This document shows positions 1-12,109 of a DNA stretch of 64,000 nucleotides, piece after piece (position 1 is the first letter of the stretch; each line of letters begins with the position of its first letter). The position numbers were made by a program, and so were the translations under genes. Under the pieces are notes generated by a model that was not told the origin of the DNA, did no database searches, and saw only the letters and a list, made by a program, of their open reading frames with translations. This DNA comes from Fistulifera solaris (Eukaryota). The DNA lies in contig AP026130.1 in NCBI GenBank assembly GCA_030295235.1, forward strand, positions 1,054,001 through 1,118,000. Reading direction: 5' to 3'.

Positions 1-1669
1 GCATCCATTCCCAGTCTTCGGCAGTATTTGCTTCCATTGCAACTTCAGGAAGAAACTCGTATTGCTCTTAACAACGGAGGTGTAGGATTGATTCCAGGAA
101 TGGATTTGGGAGGACTGAAAGTAGCAAACTCGCATCTGCCGCCTCCTCCTACAGTACCCGGAAGTTTCCCTCTTCAGGAGCAGCAATTCACATCTCCTAC
201 CGGTGTTACACAGCAACAATCACAGGACCCAGCTTTTACTCCCACCGACACCGCAACCTCATTTTCTTCACATTATCTACCTCCACCCCCGGTCATGACC
301 TCGTTAGCATCGTCTACTTCGCCGGATAGCGGCGCTCCTCCTTCGGGTTCTTCTGCTGGCTCTATCCCAGCGGCTCCTTCTTCGGCAAATCGTGACTACT
401 CTCTCCGAGGATACTCTTCTGCGGCTATCGACATCAAAACGAGTGACGGACGAAGGGTTTTAAAACCGGATGGGTTCCATTCTTCGAGCTCCGACAAACG
501 ACTCCAGCAAAAGTACGGTCATCAATCGGGAAATCGTTACGCGAACTTACCTCCTCCACCACGATCCGGAGAACAAGTCACGCCTCCGGTAACGAGTCCG
601 GCGTCCGGTGGGGTTTCCGGTGCTCCTTTGAGCGCCAACAGTAACCCTTTGCGGGAGGACGACAACAACTCGTTGGTGTTCGCCCGTCGACTCGATACGT
701 TGCCGTGGATCATGTCACAGGTCAGCCAGCACCACCGGCAATCAGTGGACACCCGACTCCGTATACCACCCCAGTGGCAGCGAATCATCCCGTGCCTTCC
801 TTCTCGACATTTCAACCTACTCAATTTGCCGGCAGCCAACAACAGGTGAATGCCCCCGTGCCGATGGTTCCGCAGCCTGCACCGATAGCACCAATCACCT
901 CGTCGCCCGCGCCCGCCTTTCAACCCCCGCCTCAGCTGATTCAAGTATCCAATACACCCGCCACTGCCGCGGGTCTCTTTGCCACACCGTCACCGGTTCG
1001 ACAACTAGGACAACCCGATCAGAACATCTTCAGTCCGCAACAGACGATGGATCAAACGCCATCGGCAACCCTTACTACCCCGGGAGCCTACAAAGTTTCT
1101 CCTGCCCCAAGAAGCGGGGAAAGTCCTTTTTGACTGCTTCACCGACGAGGGCATCCAAAATGTTTTCCGCACCGCCCGAAAATTTACAAACCTTGGCCAT
1201 TGAGACACCGCAAGAAACACAACAAAGTGTCACGGCAGTGAAGGCAGAAGTCACGCCAGCAACGAGCGTTGACGACGCTGCCGCAATGTTTGCTTCTGCT
1301 GCAACACTCTCCGACTCGTCTACGGTTCCCATAGCAGCTGAACCATCGCCAGTTGTTACTACTCATCTGGAAGCAACGTCAACGAGTAAAGGTAGTCCGT
1401 TTGCACAGGCTTTGAGAGATTCCTCAACGGCATCGGATCTGTTCGCGAGTCCACCCAGCAATGTCACAGAGGAGTCACCGCAAACCGAAACGGTGACTGC
1501 TACAAGAGACGAGCAGTCCCAAGCGCCACCGCAAGCGACGGAAGAAGACGAAGTCTTGGACGAAATTCCTTTATCCCCAACGAAAACATCTACGATGCAG
1601 CCAGAAAATGGTAAGGATGGTCTCTACCAGGCGATTGGCATGCCACCACCGCCCATTTTACGAAAGTAG
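1..1669 (+). CDS. 3' part of a Pro/Ser/Gln-rich low-complexity protein (5' end outside window; apparent frameshifts near 680-700 and 1125-1130)
   Basis: Frame 1 is open from base 1; three overlapping ORFs (28-849, 705-1133, 1130-1669) share composition, with repeated LPPPP motifs, ending GMPPPPILRK*; one break is at a T-run (1126-1131). Confidence 0.55.
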
Positions 1670-1762
1670 AAGAAAAAACCAGCTGCATTCGTTAACACGT
1701 AAAGCTATTCATCCTATTTTTACATTCAGTGCTCTCGTAGCAGTACATCTACTAGCGAAATT

Positions 1763-3131
1763 CTATAATTCGGAGTCCTCTAACCAGCGGACAATGGCAG
1801 ACACTGTTTCGTCTGCCTCGGTATAGCGCAGCCCTTCCTTCGCCGCATCGGCGCCCAAAATATCTTCTATTCGTTTTGCCAGCTCTAGCGGTGGCGCAAT
1901 CAGAGGCGCAGCATGCCCTCCTAGTAAATCTCGCCGTTGTACGTCGATATCAACCATCATTGGCCGCTTCATGGCAGCAGATTTGCCCGGCTGCTTGTAG
2001 CAGCTCTTCTATTTCATTCGACTCATCGATGGGATCGTCGGTGTATTTTATGATCAGTGTTCGTCGCGCCCGGTACGCACGACGTGCTGCTTCTTTGACT
2101 CGTATCGGTGTCGGGTCAAAGTCCCTGGCTCCTAAAGCGACCTCATCAATCAAGCCGGGAATTTGTTCAAGAGCTTGCAAAACCTCTACAACAAGCGGAA
2201 CGATCTCGGCATTGGAAAGCGCCGACGTCGTGGGAGCCGTGAGACGCAAAAACGCATCCCGTACTGCCGGAGGGACGACTAGGCTGTCCTCACTAGTAAA
2301 GGGTCCTCGCGAATAAAATGGGGGCGGAACCAGTAACCGGAACGCTTTGGATAAGAGTTCATCGGACGGAATCTCGCCTTTGGCAGCACTTTGTGCCAGT
2401 CGCAGGCCCGTATTGATTACTTCACTGCCGCGAGGACGCGAGGTTTCGTTCAAGGCAGCGGCATAGGTGAAAAATGGTACAAATACTTCTTCGAAGAACG
2501 GAACAGCCTCTGTCACGGGTTTGTTGTTAAATGAAATTAAGGCGTTCGCGGCACGCGGTGTGTCGGGAAAAAGGCTGGTAATGAGGACCTGCAACAAAGC
2601 ACCACACGAATGGCCCATCCCAATCACAGGTAATGCGCCATAGGTTTGTGCTATTTGACCGGCGATTCGCTCAAAGCGAGAGATGACCATATCACATGTA
2701 CTTAAGTGATCGAAGGATAGTGTATAGGGTGTCGCGATAATAAGAAACCCTTGTTCCGCGAGTCGTTCCAAAACGTAGCGGTAACTAATGTGTGGAGATG
2801 CGCCAACCAAAGCGCCTCCTAAAAAGTGAATGACAGCCCTAGGCGGACCTTGTTCGATGGAAGGTCGTAATATAAAATTGTTTTCCAGCTCTTCCCACTT
2901 GCCGATCTTGTATGAGGTCTCTAATTTTCCGACTGAACTTGATGATTCCACGCCTTTCGCCAAAAGGACTGTTTGAGAGGCATAACCCTGAAGGTGATTT
3001 CGACTGAGCTTGTTGCTGACTTGAAAGGGTAACGCAAACCGACATAATGCCACAAGAAAAAACCACAATCGGAAAGATGGACGACAAATGAGCGGTGCCG
3101 TCTCTCGGCTCGTGGTGCGTTTTCTTGCCAT
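1763..3131 (-). CDS. DUF1350-family alpha/beta-hydrolase-like protein (frameshift near 1975)
   Basis: Motifs PRAVIHFLGGALVG..P..SYRYVLERL, GHSCG nucleophile elbow, LISFNN; C-terminus with GGHAAP continues in ORF 1763-1972. Confidence 0.75.
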
Positions 3132-3463
3132 GATGATTATTCTCAAAGAACAAATTCTCGCAACCGCTGCACGCTGCAATTTCAATTTCGATAGTACTTG
3201 AGATGCCGCCTTTGGTTCTTTCTATTGTTACCGATACATGCAGCGTCGAATAAAAACAAATGGCAGAGGGCAAAGGGTGAGTCAGTGCTTTCATTTGTGT
3301 CGTTTGCGTTGACGAGATGGAGTACTGCGCCAAACGGAAATTCTAGTTATGGGAGAAAAAGTCCGGTGTTTTCACACTAGTCAGAAAAGCTGGTTATGTG
3401 GTGTGTCCATCTAATAAATAACTAAGGAGTATGTAGTATGGTCAAAAGTGTGTGTCAATTCTT

Positions 3464-3890
3464 CCACGACTGCGCTTCAGTCATGAGTAACTATTCTTTC
3501 AAGCGACAATGCTGCCAACAATATCTTCGTTCAGCAAAAAATCTTGAGCTTAATCAGTCATTGCTGCAATACAATACTCTTTAGCAGCGTTTGCGTTACA
3601 CGTCGTTGTTTTTTAACGTCGAAGCGCCTTGCGATATGTTGTCTTTCGTATCGACCACGGTGTTGTCCGGATTTCACCACGACTGCATTCCAGTCATGAA
3701 TCAATGTTCTTTCGAGTGACGAAATAATGTTGTTACCCCCCTAGACTATAGATGCACTCAATGAATAAAACACTGATACACTTCGTTCGTTCAGAAAAAG
3801 TATTGCAATAGTCTTTAGCAGCGTTTGTATTACACGTCAATCAGATATTTGCGTCGAAAAGCCTTGCGAAACATCTTCGTCCGTATTTAC
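3464..3890. repeat. Degenerate two-copy tandem repeat (~213-234 bp period)
   Basis: CCACGACTGC..T.CAGTCATGA at 3464 and 3677; TCTTTAGCAGCGTTTG..TTACACGTC at ~3578 and ~3812; a related CCACGACTGCTTTTCAGTCA at ~13820. Confidence 0.75.
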
Positions 3891-4096
3891 TATGGACCTA
3901 AAGGGATGGTTCTCGGAGACCAAAATGCATTTCTTGCCATGAATCACGACTTGATTACAGCACATTTACTAAGCAAATAAAGACACGGCAAACGCAGATT
4001 TTCTTTGCACGTGAAGACACCGTACGCCCATATTTCTGTTCCCGTGAAGATACCACGCAACCTCTTTTTTGGGCCTGTGACGACACTCCCGAATTT

Positions 4097-5290
4097 CTAG
4101 AGACATGACAACGCCACACTCCCAAATTTTCTGGGTACGTGAAACGTCACAACCCAGTTTTCGCCTCCATCACCTTTTTGAATGGCCTCTTTCAACGATC
4201 CAAGCTCTTTTGATCCCCACTTTTTCACGAGCCAAATATTGTTTCTTGTAGGCATCTCATCCAGTCGCTTTATGGTGTCAAAGCCCGAAGTAATAACACC
4301 AAAGCAGGGCTCGTCGTCATGAATGTCTTCATTATCCGCAGTGTTGATATAAAAGGCCGGGCTTCCATCAACCGCAAACCCGACGGTATTTTTCTTATGA
4401 GGATAGAAATGACTGTACTCGCGAAACACCACTCCATTGAGACCCGCTTTGGTGAACGCTTCCGCCTTGGCAACGGCCGAGCTGCCATCGAAGGGTATGG
4501 GGGCTGCTTTGATGGCATGATGGGCGTTGAGAATAAACGAACACCCATTCAACAGTCCTGACGATACCATATCCAAGAATGTCAAGACAGTGTGCGGGAG
4601 TAATTCGGCTGGCGCGAGTTCAATGATGAAGTGGGTCGGTCCGTCGGCTCCGTCCGGAAACAGCAGTTCCATTTCGACTTCGATGGGGTCATGACCGTAC
4701 TTTTTCCGCACTTCGACGAGACTAGTGGATTGTATTTTTTGAATGAGCTGTGAAACCTGAGCCTTCTCTTTAGTCACTTTAGTTTCCAGTACTTTCATGT
4801 CATGCATGGCGCGAAAGCTTTTGACGCTGTTGGCGAACCCATTGGAGGGCTCTTCGGGTTGAATGAGTTTCATCAAGGCATCCGCCTCCCGCTGCATCGC
4901 ATAAAGTTCTTTCGCGGTGTCTCGGACCTTATTACCGACCCGTAACTGCATCTGTTCCATGATCTGAACTTGCACGGCTGTATTTTTGACGGCCTCTCTG
5001 GAAATGTAAATTGAAGCCATGCCCAAAATGACAAAACTCATGAGAATCAGCGGCAACTTGCGTCTATCACCGGATGCCGAAAATATACGTCCTCGTCTCG
5101 GAGAAGAGGGAGATGGAACGGAAGAAAGAGATTCGTCATCAGAGAAGGGATCCGCAGGATTGTGTCTTCTCTGCGAAAGAAGAACATGCCGTTTGTCCGG
5201 CGAAATACTTATTGGTAGATGTGGATTATTCTTGCTTGTGTGGTCTTTTGTTCTCTGTCCATTAAAACTACCGCTGGATGACCAATGCAT
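4097..5290 (-). CDS. Membrane-anchored protein with coiled coil and C-terminal divergent cyclophilin-like domain
   Basis: TM helix LPLILMSFVILGMASIYI; then HFIIELAPAELLPHTVLTFLDMV, EYS..YPHKKNTVGF, SPAFYINT.DN, EPCFGVITSGFD in cyclophilin-fold motif order. Confidence 0.65.
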   Translation of the reverse strand: MHWSSSGSFNGQRTKDHTSKNNPHLPISISPDKRHVLLSQRRHNPADPFSDDESLSSVPSPSSPRRGRIFSASGDRRKLPLILMSFVILGMASIYISREAVKNTAVQVQIMEQMQLRVGNKVRDTAKELYAMQREADALMKLIQPEEPSNGFANSVKSFRAMHDMKVLETKVTKEKAQVSQLIQKIQSTSLVEVRKKYGHDPIEVEMELLFPDGADGPTHFIIELAPAELLPHTVLTFLDMVSSGLLNGCSFILNAHHAIKAAPIPFDGSSAVAKAEAFTKAGLNGVVFREYSHFYPHKKNTVGFAVDGSPAFYINTADNEDIHDDEPCFGVITSGFDTIKRLDEMPTRNNIWLVKKWGSKELGSLKEAIQKGDGGENWVVTFHVPRKFGSVALSCL

Positions 5291-5669
5291 TGTTTTCCAT
5301 TGTCAAAAACGCATTCCTTTTCTTTTTGAAGTAATAGCAAAATAATAAGAGAGCTTGGGGATGGACTTGTGACACAAAGACCTCAACAAAAAACGGTTCG
5401 TTGCGTTGTTTTGTCGCCTTGGCGTTTTTGTTGACGGTGTTTGCCGGCACTCACAGAGTGAAAGATCCATCACGGTGTGACAACCATGACTCCTCCTCGG
5501 GCTCTTGGACGACGAAGAATGCAAAGCAACTGCGATTATTTTATCTAGGTCTATATAAACTAACCTTTAACATTAGGTGACGCGAATAGATTCTTGGAAT
5601 ACTAGCATATCAATCGGAGCGTCTTTCTCGTATTTTGAATTTCCATTCATATTCTTGAGATCGTTGTTG

Positions 5670-6612
5670 TCATATAGCTAAAGTGACGATATACAGGTCC
5701 AGAAATATGCATATAAATACCAAGCAAACAAAACATTGAAAGTAAGGCATATTCTTTTGCCGATAGCAGTTCCAGTCCAGGGGCACCTAGGAAAGATAGG
5801 TGAGAATCGGAAGCTAGAAATGCAAACGACAACCTATATCATCCTTTGAAAACTCACGTGTGATCAAAGCCTTCCACCACTACTGCACAATCCGGATCGT
5901 ACTGTGCTCGTCTCGGGCGGTAGGATACCGCTTGATCGGTCCATCTCCAAGTACTCTCGTCTTGCGGTGGTGGCTTGTGGTATTTGTACAAGATGCCCGG
6001 ATCCGTGCATGCCGTCAACGCGAGAGATACCACCAAACCGACAGTACATAGCGCCCACAAAAGAATGACAGCATATGGAGTGCTTCCTTTTAATATCAGC
6101 TTGAAAGTATACCATGAAGCGGCGAAAATGAGTGGATAAGTGATCAGCATCAGCATAGGCCAAAAGGGACCCACCACAATTTGAATGACGGGTCGCGTAA
6201 AAGTTCGGGATATTATTTCTCCTGATTCTTCATCTTCTGTCACTTCTTCGACCAACTCTTCAGTTGACTTTAACACACTCATATTCCCGACTCGCTGCGC
6301 ACCCAACCGAGAACAAAACCAAGCCGAACAACACAAACACCCCGAGTGATCGCGTTCCAGTTCCGAATCACCGTACGCTCGATTGGGTTTACACGGTTTG
6401 CGACTTTCCTCCCACCAGGTGGGTTCTGTAAGTCCGACGGCGAATGGGGAATCATGCCATTGCTGCACTCGCATGTTGTGTCGTTCAATGTCATACGGAT
6501 CATCGACCGACGAGCGAGGCCCACCACCTTCGAGCGATAAACTGATGATTTCTCGGCTCTCCGGCCCCACTTGTTGCCTGTCCTTTGCTACTGCTGCGCG
6601 TCGTTGTGGCAT
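5670..6612 (-). CDS. DHHC-family S-acyltransferase-like protein, DHTC variant, copy 1 (intron 5787-5857; probable 1-bp error near 5755)
   Basis: GPFWP, two TMs, DPGIL, RPRRAQYD...FDHT | GT-AG intron | CPWTGTAIGK.N, then one TM and stop. Confidence 0.85.
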
Positions 6613-6707
6613 GTTATCACGGTGTTCATTTCTTTCCTAAACAATTCACTCTTTTTTAACATCGGACCAAAAAGGCACGCAAGAAGGCAATACAATAATT
6701 CAGCTAG

Positions 6708-6776
6708 AATGTCCGGGTTCCCCCTCTGTCGATAAATTTCCATACGGAGGCCTACGTGGGTTCTACGCGTAGACAA
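6708..6776 (+). repeat. Dispersed copy of the conserved core of the 212-bp satellite monomer
   Basis: AATGTCCGGGTTCCCCCTCTGTCGATAAATTTCCATACGGAGGCCTACGTG...CTACGCGTAGACA; first ~50 bp identical at 8408 and clearly homologous to the core repeated at 60046-62014. Confidence 0.85.
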
Positions 6777-6946
6777 TAAAAGCGTTGCATTATTGCACCC
6801 TTTGGATGCACCGGCTCAAATTGCACTCAAATAAATATGAATGATACGCAACAACACTGTCGGCGAGGTTGAAAATGATGTCGCTGCCAACGAGACCCGA
6901 AAACGGATGCATTCGAAATTTCCTAGAGAGTCAATTTTGACATTAA

Positions 6947-8245
6947 GTCGCGATCGCGTACAACCAACACTTAACCATTATAGTGAAAATGGCGGTCGAC
7001 GATTCGGATGCTTTTCGACGCAAATAGTTGCGTTTCGAATGAAGATGATAGTTAGCTTATATATTGGTATTTCCATGGCATTTGATTATACACTTCGCGC
7101 TTTTTTTTGTGGACAACTTTGGTGCTCTCATTGCTACGGTGGCGTTTCAAGTGACTGAAAGTTAGTCTCGATTGCGTACAACCAACACTTAACCATTATA
7201 GTGAAAATGGCGGTTGACGATACGGATGCTTTTCGACGCAAATAGTTGCGTTTCGAATGAAGATGATAGTTAGCGTCCCTACTACTCCTTATGGTAGAAT
7301 CCCCTACCACATGGATCCACTAAAATCGCGAAAACCTTTATTCGCACGTGTAATTTGTACGACAAACCCGACCTGACCCGACTTGGCGATCTGAAATTTT
7401 CCGAAAAATTTATTTTTCTCCAACAATTTAAATAATAGATACTTTATCATCAGTTGTTCATGATAATAATAATTAAAGTCTTGAAAACATTGAATTTGTC
7501 AACAAAATTTGTGTTTCAATTATGATTAATTAGGGGTAAGGATATTATCTTGTACAGAATCTACACAAAATTTACGTTGGAGCCATGTGGTAGAATTCTA
7601 CCACAAGAGGTTTTGTACCATAGACGTAGGTTTCTACGCTTAAGGTAGAATAATTCTACCACAAGAAAATAGTTGGGATACCCATGGCATCTGATTACTT
7701 CGCGGCTTTTTTTTGTGGACCACTTTGGTGGCGTTTCAATATCGTTACCTTATGCTGATCGTGACTGAGATCAAGTCGCGATCGCGTACAACCAACACTT
7801 TACCCTTATAGTGATAATGGCAGTCGACGATACGGATGCTTTTCGAAGCAAATAGTTGCGTTTCGAAAGAAGAGGATAGTTAGTTCATATATTGGTATAT
7901 CCATGGCATTTGATTATACACTTCGCGCTTTTGGTTGAGGACCACTTTGGTGCTCTCATTGCTACGGTGGCGTTTCAAGTGACTGAAATTGAGTCGCGAT
8001 TGCGTACAACCAACACTTTACCATTATAATGAAAATGGCAGTCGACGATACGGATGCTTTTCGAAGCAAATAGTTGCGTTTCGAATGAAGATGACAGTTA
8101 GCTTGTATATTGGTATATCCATAGCATTTGATTATACACTTCGCGCTTTTTTTTGTGGACAACTTTGGTGCTCTCATTGCTACGGTGGCGTTTCAAGTGA
8201 CTGAAAGTTAGTCGCGATTGCGTACAACCAACACTTTACCATCAT
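6947..8245. repeat. 218-bp tandem repeat array, interrupted by a MITE-like insertion
   Basis: GTC(G/T)CGAT(C/T)GCGTACAACCAACACTT starts at 6947, 7165, 7775, 7993, 8211 (218-bp spacing on each side of the insertion). Confidence 0.9.
7276..7678. mobile_element. MITE-like element (~403 bp) with imperfect ~25-bp terminal inverted repeats
   Basis: Left TCCCTACTACTCCTTATGGTAGAAT vs reverse complement of right end TCCCAACTATTTTCTTGTGGTAGAAT; AT-rich non-coding interior; interrupts a 218-bp unit; no clean target-site duplication seen. Confidence 0.65.
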
Positions 8246-8407
8246 AGTAGATAGTAGCACGCAGCGCTCTTCCATTCAATCGGTCATGACGAAGGGGAAT
8301 AGCTCATCAAGATAAATGTTTAGTCAAGAGTCAAGAACTAGACTATGCAACGCGACGATATTTCATTATTTCTGTTTTGTTTGTCAATCAACTGAACGGT
8401 CTGCCAA

Positions 8408-8458
8408 AATGTCCGGGTTCCCCCTCTGTCGATAAATTTCCATACGGAGGCCTACGTG
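8408..8458 (+). repeat. Second dispersed copy of the satellite core motif
   Basis: Direct repeat of 6708-6758. Confidence 0.85.
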
Positions 8459-9684
8459 CGTTGCGTCAATTGCTCCTTTCGGATGTTCAATCAATCGTAC
8501 CAGGTAACCAAATACCCGGAGTGCGAATGAATGATGTTGGTGAAGGTAATAGGCACACGAGCCAAGTCGACGCGAGAAACGGTCTGCTCGAATTGAATCA
8601 TATCGAAGCATCCTTTACTTCGGTACATTTCCTATCGACTCTCTTTCGTTCGTTGACATAAGCGTTGACAAACACGCGGCAAAACCGTCGTTCGAGATCA
8701 CAATGGTCCATAACTTGAAGAAATGGAAAGAGCGATTTATTCGCGTCTTTCAACAGCATAACTGAATCATATTATCTGCATCGGAAAGTGGCACATCCAC
8801 AGGTGTTGCGGCATGTTCCTTGTCGCCATACCGGAAACAACGGTGCGGTTTCGCGTGCATTCAAAGTCGGAAAGCTTCGCGCCGCTTTTATGTAATACTA
8901 CGACTGTGGCCTCTTTATCAATACGAAGAGTTAATATCGGGGAACAAGCTGAATTGCTTGCGAAGTCGAAGTCTATTTATGACACGACGTCTGTTTTCTA
9001 AGCTGGTTTTTCATATTCAAGCTGCGAGAAAGTAGTTTTGAAAAGCTCTCCGTTGATCTTCAAACATTGCAGCTGAAAGCAATCAACCATTTGTAACTGA
9101 CAGAAAGCGATCGCCGTCAACGCGAACGACCCACCAGTACTTCAAACAATCAGCCAAGAAGGAAAGAAGCTATCAAAAAGAGAATGAAATGGCCATTTAG
9201 GATGCGTGCATGCACAAATGGGAAGCTTTTGTCGTTTGATTCTAAGTCAGGCGAAAGCGCCCAGATTTCGAAAAGTCGTTTTCTCCTTTCAAGTGGTCGA
9301 AATAAAAATAGTGTTGCTGTACGAAGTTGCTGGTATTAGAAATGGATTCATTTCCCTTTAGTCATCGGATGGATCAGATCAGATATTTGTCTTGTTAAAA
9401 TGAGAACGCAGCGCGTGACAAGTGGACTTTTTAAACCTTAGATTGATGAGGACGAAGAGTGAATGACCGACATTTGTTGAAAAATGCACCTCCGGTACTG
9501 ACACTGTAATGTTACAGTACAAGTGCGACACAAGAGGGGTCTTAATCGAAACGGGATACGGGAACACGACCTGACGCGACAACATTATTTTTTCGCAACA
9601 AAGCACGCAAACACACTTGCACCTTCATCATTCATTTCTACGCCAGTGTTGAATGTTTCATTTTTTAACATTCAGCGCAATACA

Positions 9685-12109
9685 ATGGATTTACTCGACT
9701 ACAGTTCAGACGAATCATCATCGATTGCATCCACGAATAACGACGGAACAGCGCTAGAAACGCGACAGGAGACGTCCTCCGACGATGCATTCTGGATGGA
9801 GAAGTACCGGCGCCTCAAAACGTTTCACGAAGCGAACGGGCACTGCAATCTTCCCAACTCGAATGAAAACGAACAGCTTTTGTCATGGGTCGCCGATCAA
9901 CGATCTTCCTATCATGCGGGCACGTTGCGCAGTAATCACCAAGTACTTTTGAATGCATTGGGTTTTGTTTGGAGTCTCTCGAGCACCGAATCGAGCACCG
10001 AAGAACAAGCAGCCGATTTGCGCTGGATGGAACGATACAAGCGCTTGGTTGCATTTAAAGCGAAAAATGGTCACATGAAGGTCAAAGCACATGAGGATCT
10101 AGATCTAAAGACATGGATTAACTTCCAACGGGTCCACAAAAAGAAGGCAAGCTTCGAAAAGATCGAGAGCAACTTTTGAATCAGCTTAAATTTGTTTGGA
10201 GTGCGCGAAACATTAAACGACAAGAAGCCGATTCGCGCTGGATGGATGAATACAAGCGGCTCTCTGCATATAAAGATAAACACGGGCACATGAAGGTCAC
10301 ACCGAGCGAGGACAAAGACCTAAGCCAATGGATATACAACCAAAGATCCCACAAACGCAAAGGAATGCTCCGAAAAGATCGGGAACAACTTCTGGATAAG
10401 CTTGAATTTCCTTGGAGTATGAACAACAGCACTGAAAAAGGACGAGCATTCGATGTACTTTGGATGGATCGATACAATCGACTCGCTGCATACAAAAAGA
10501 AGAACGGCCACTTAAATGTCAAAGAGCATGAGGACAAAAACCTAAATAGGTGGATAAGCAACCAGCGGGTCCGTAAGAACACAGGCAAGCTTCCAGAGGA
10601 TCGAGAGCAACTTTTGAATCAGTTGGAATTTGACTGGAAAGCACCCAAACACGTTGTCCAGGACATGTCGACAACTGGGATGAAGTCAGATACACCCTCA
10701 GAATCTAATAACGCAGTTTCTGTTTCCACTCCAGAACCGGTTCGCAGTGTCAACACTCGAAGTGCGAGAATCGATGACAGGGTCTGGAACGCCAACTTAC
10801 AGCTTCTCTTTGATTATAAGAAGCGACATGGTCACACCGATGTACCCCGGAGAGGAAAGACGAAAGAGCTAGGCCAGTGGCTTGTCGTACAGAACTCTCT
10901 CATTGAACGCCGTAAACTTTCAGAGGATAAAGCCACGAGGTTGCTTGATCTGCTGAAAGTGGATACAGTTGAAGATTTACGATCCACGAATTATCAATCA
11001 CCGACGGACGAAGAGTCAAGAGGCAGCACCGAGTCGTCGGAGTCAGCAATCTCATGGACACACGAGAGCGACACGTCGGAAATCATCCAAAGATTTCCCG
11101 TTGGGACTCGGATTGAGAAGCAGTTTGAGGTAGAATACGGCAAATTTGAGCCCTTCGGCGGAACTGTCGTATCCTTCGACCACTTCGAGGATGACGAAGG
11201 TAATCAGTATTGGGGATACATGATTCACTACGACGACGGCGATAGGGAGCATATGCTCGAAGCGGACGTAACCAAACTCGTTGTGGAAACGAAAGGCAAA
11301 AAGAGGGGCCGACCGAGAAAGAAGGAAACAACCATAGCCGAGCCCTGTACTGTACGTGAAGCGAAACGCAAAAATAGGGGCCAGCCAAGCAACGACGATG
11401 CGAATTTGACTAAACGGCAGAAGAAGAAGGGGCATTCGAACGAAGAACTCTATCCGAATACGAATGAGGAGAGAAAGGCGAAAGCCGCGTCAGTTGTAGT
11501 GGCAACTGGCAAGTCGGATAAGAAAGAGTCTAGTGCCCGCGCGGAGAAAAAAGAAGCAGCAAACCAACCTTCTATGCGTACCGAAACGAATGACGTAAAC
11601 AGTAATATGTTGCAACAACAATCGGAGCGAAAAGTCACGCTAGACGACTTTGATCGCAATAACCAAGTCGAGGACTTCGTCGGAGGAGGTGCAGTGATGC
11701 ATATCGGCAATTTATCTACAGAAAACCATGAAGTGGATTCCGAGTCGTTGAATATTGCACGTCAGAGTGAAACAGAAGTGGAGAACGAGGAAAAGAGATT
11801 CGATGAACTAGATCACGAGGATGAGCGTTTGGCTAGTGTCGTGTCTCCAGTTACGGCAGAAGCCATAGGTCCCAAGTCGTCCACCGCGAGCTATCCAAAC
11901 CAAAAGTTTGCAATCGGCACGCCCATTGTCAGAATGTTCTTTGACATGAGCGATAATGAAAAGAAAAGCCGTACTCTGGTAAAGTCACCGAATATGTTTA
12001 CGTCGCCGAGGAGAAGCTTGGGTTGTACTTTGTGCAGTATGACGACGGGGACACAGAGTTTATGGAAGAATGGGAAATTGCCAAATTCTCTTCTTCGCTA
12101 AGCATTTAA
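9685..12109 (+). CDS. Protein with five helicase-associated (HA) repeats, two Tudor-like domains and an AT-hook (frameshifts near 10140 and 11960)
   Basis: Five W..(R/K)Y..L..(F/Y)K...GH..V....L..W...QR...L..L.F.W-type units; FPVGTRIEKQF...FGGTV...YMIHYDDGDREHM; KKRGRPRKK; after the shift FAIGTPIVRMF...PYSGKV...YFVQYDDGDTEFM, stop 12107-12109. Confidence 0.8.

Noticed and set aside
6841..8204. ORFs within the 218-bp array (likewise 21887-22734 in the ~232-bp array)
   Set aside because: Repeat-derived, with no conserved frame or protein motif
9685..12109. HA-repeat gene as an autonomous transposon or helicase
   Set aside because: No Walker A/B, HUH, DDE, tyrosine-recombinase or RT motifs seen
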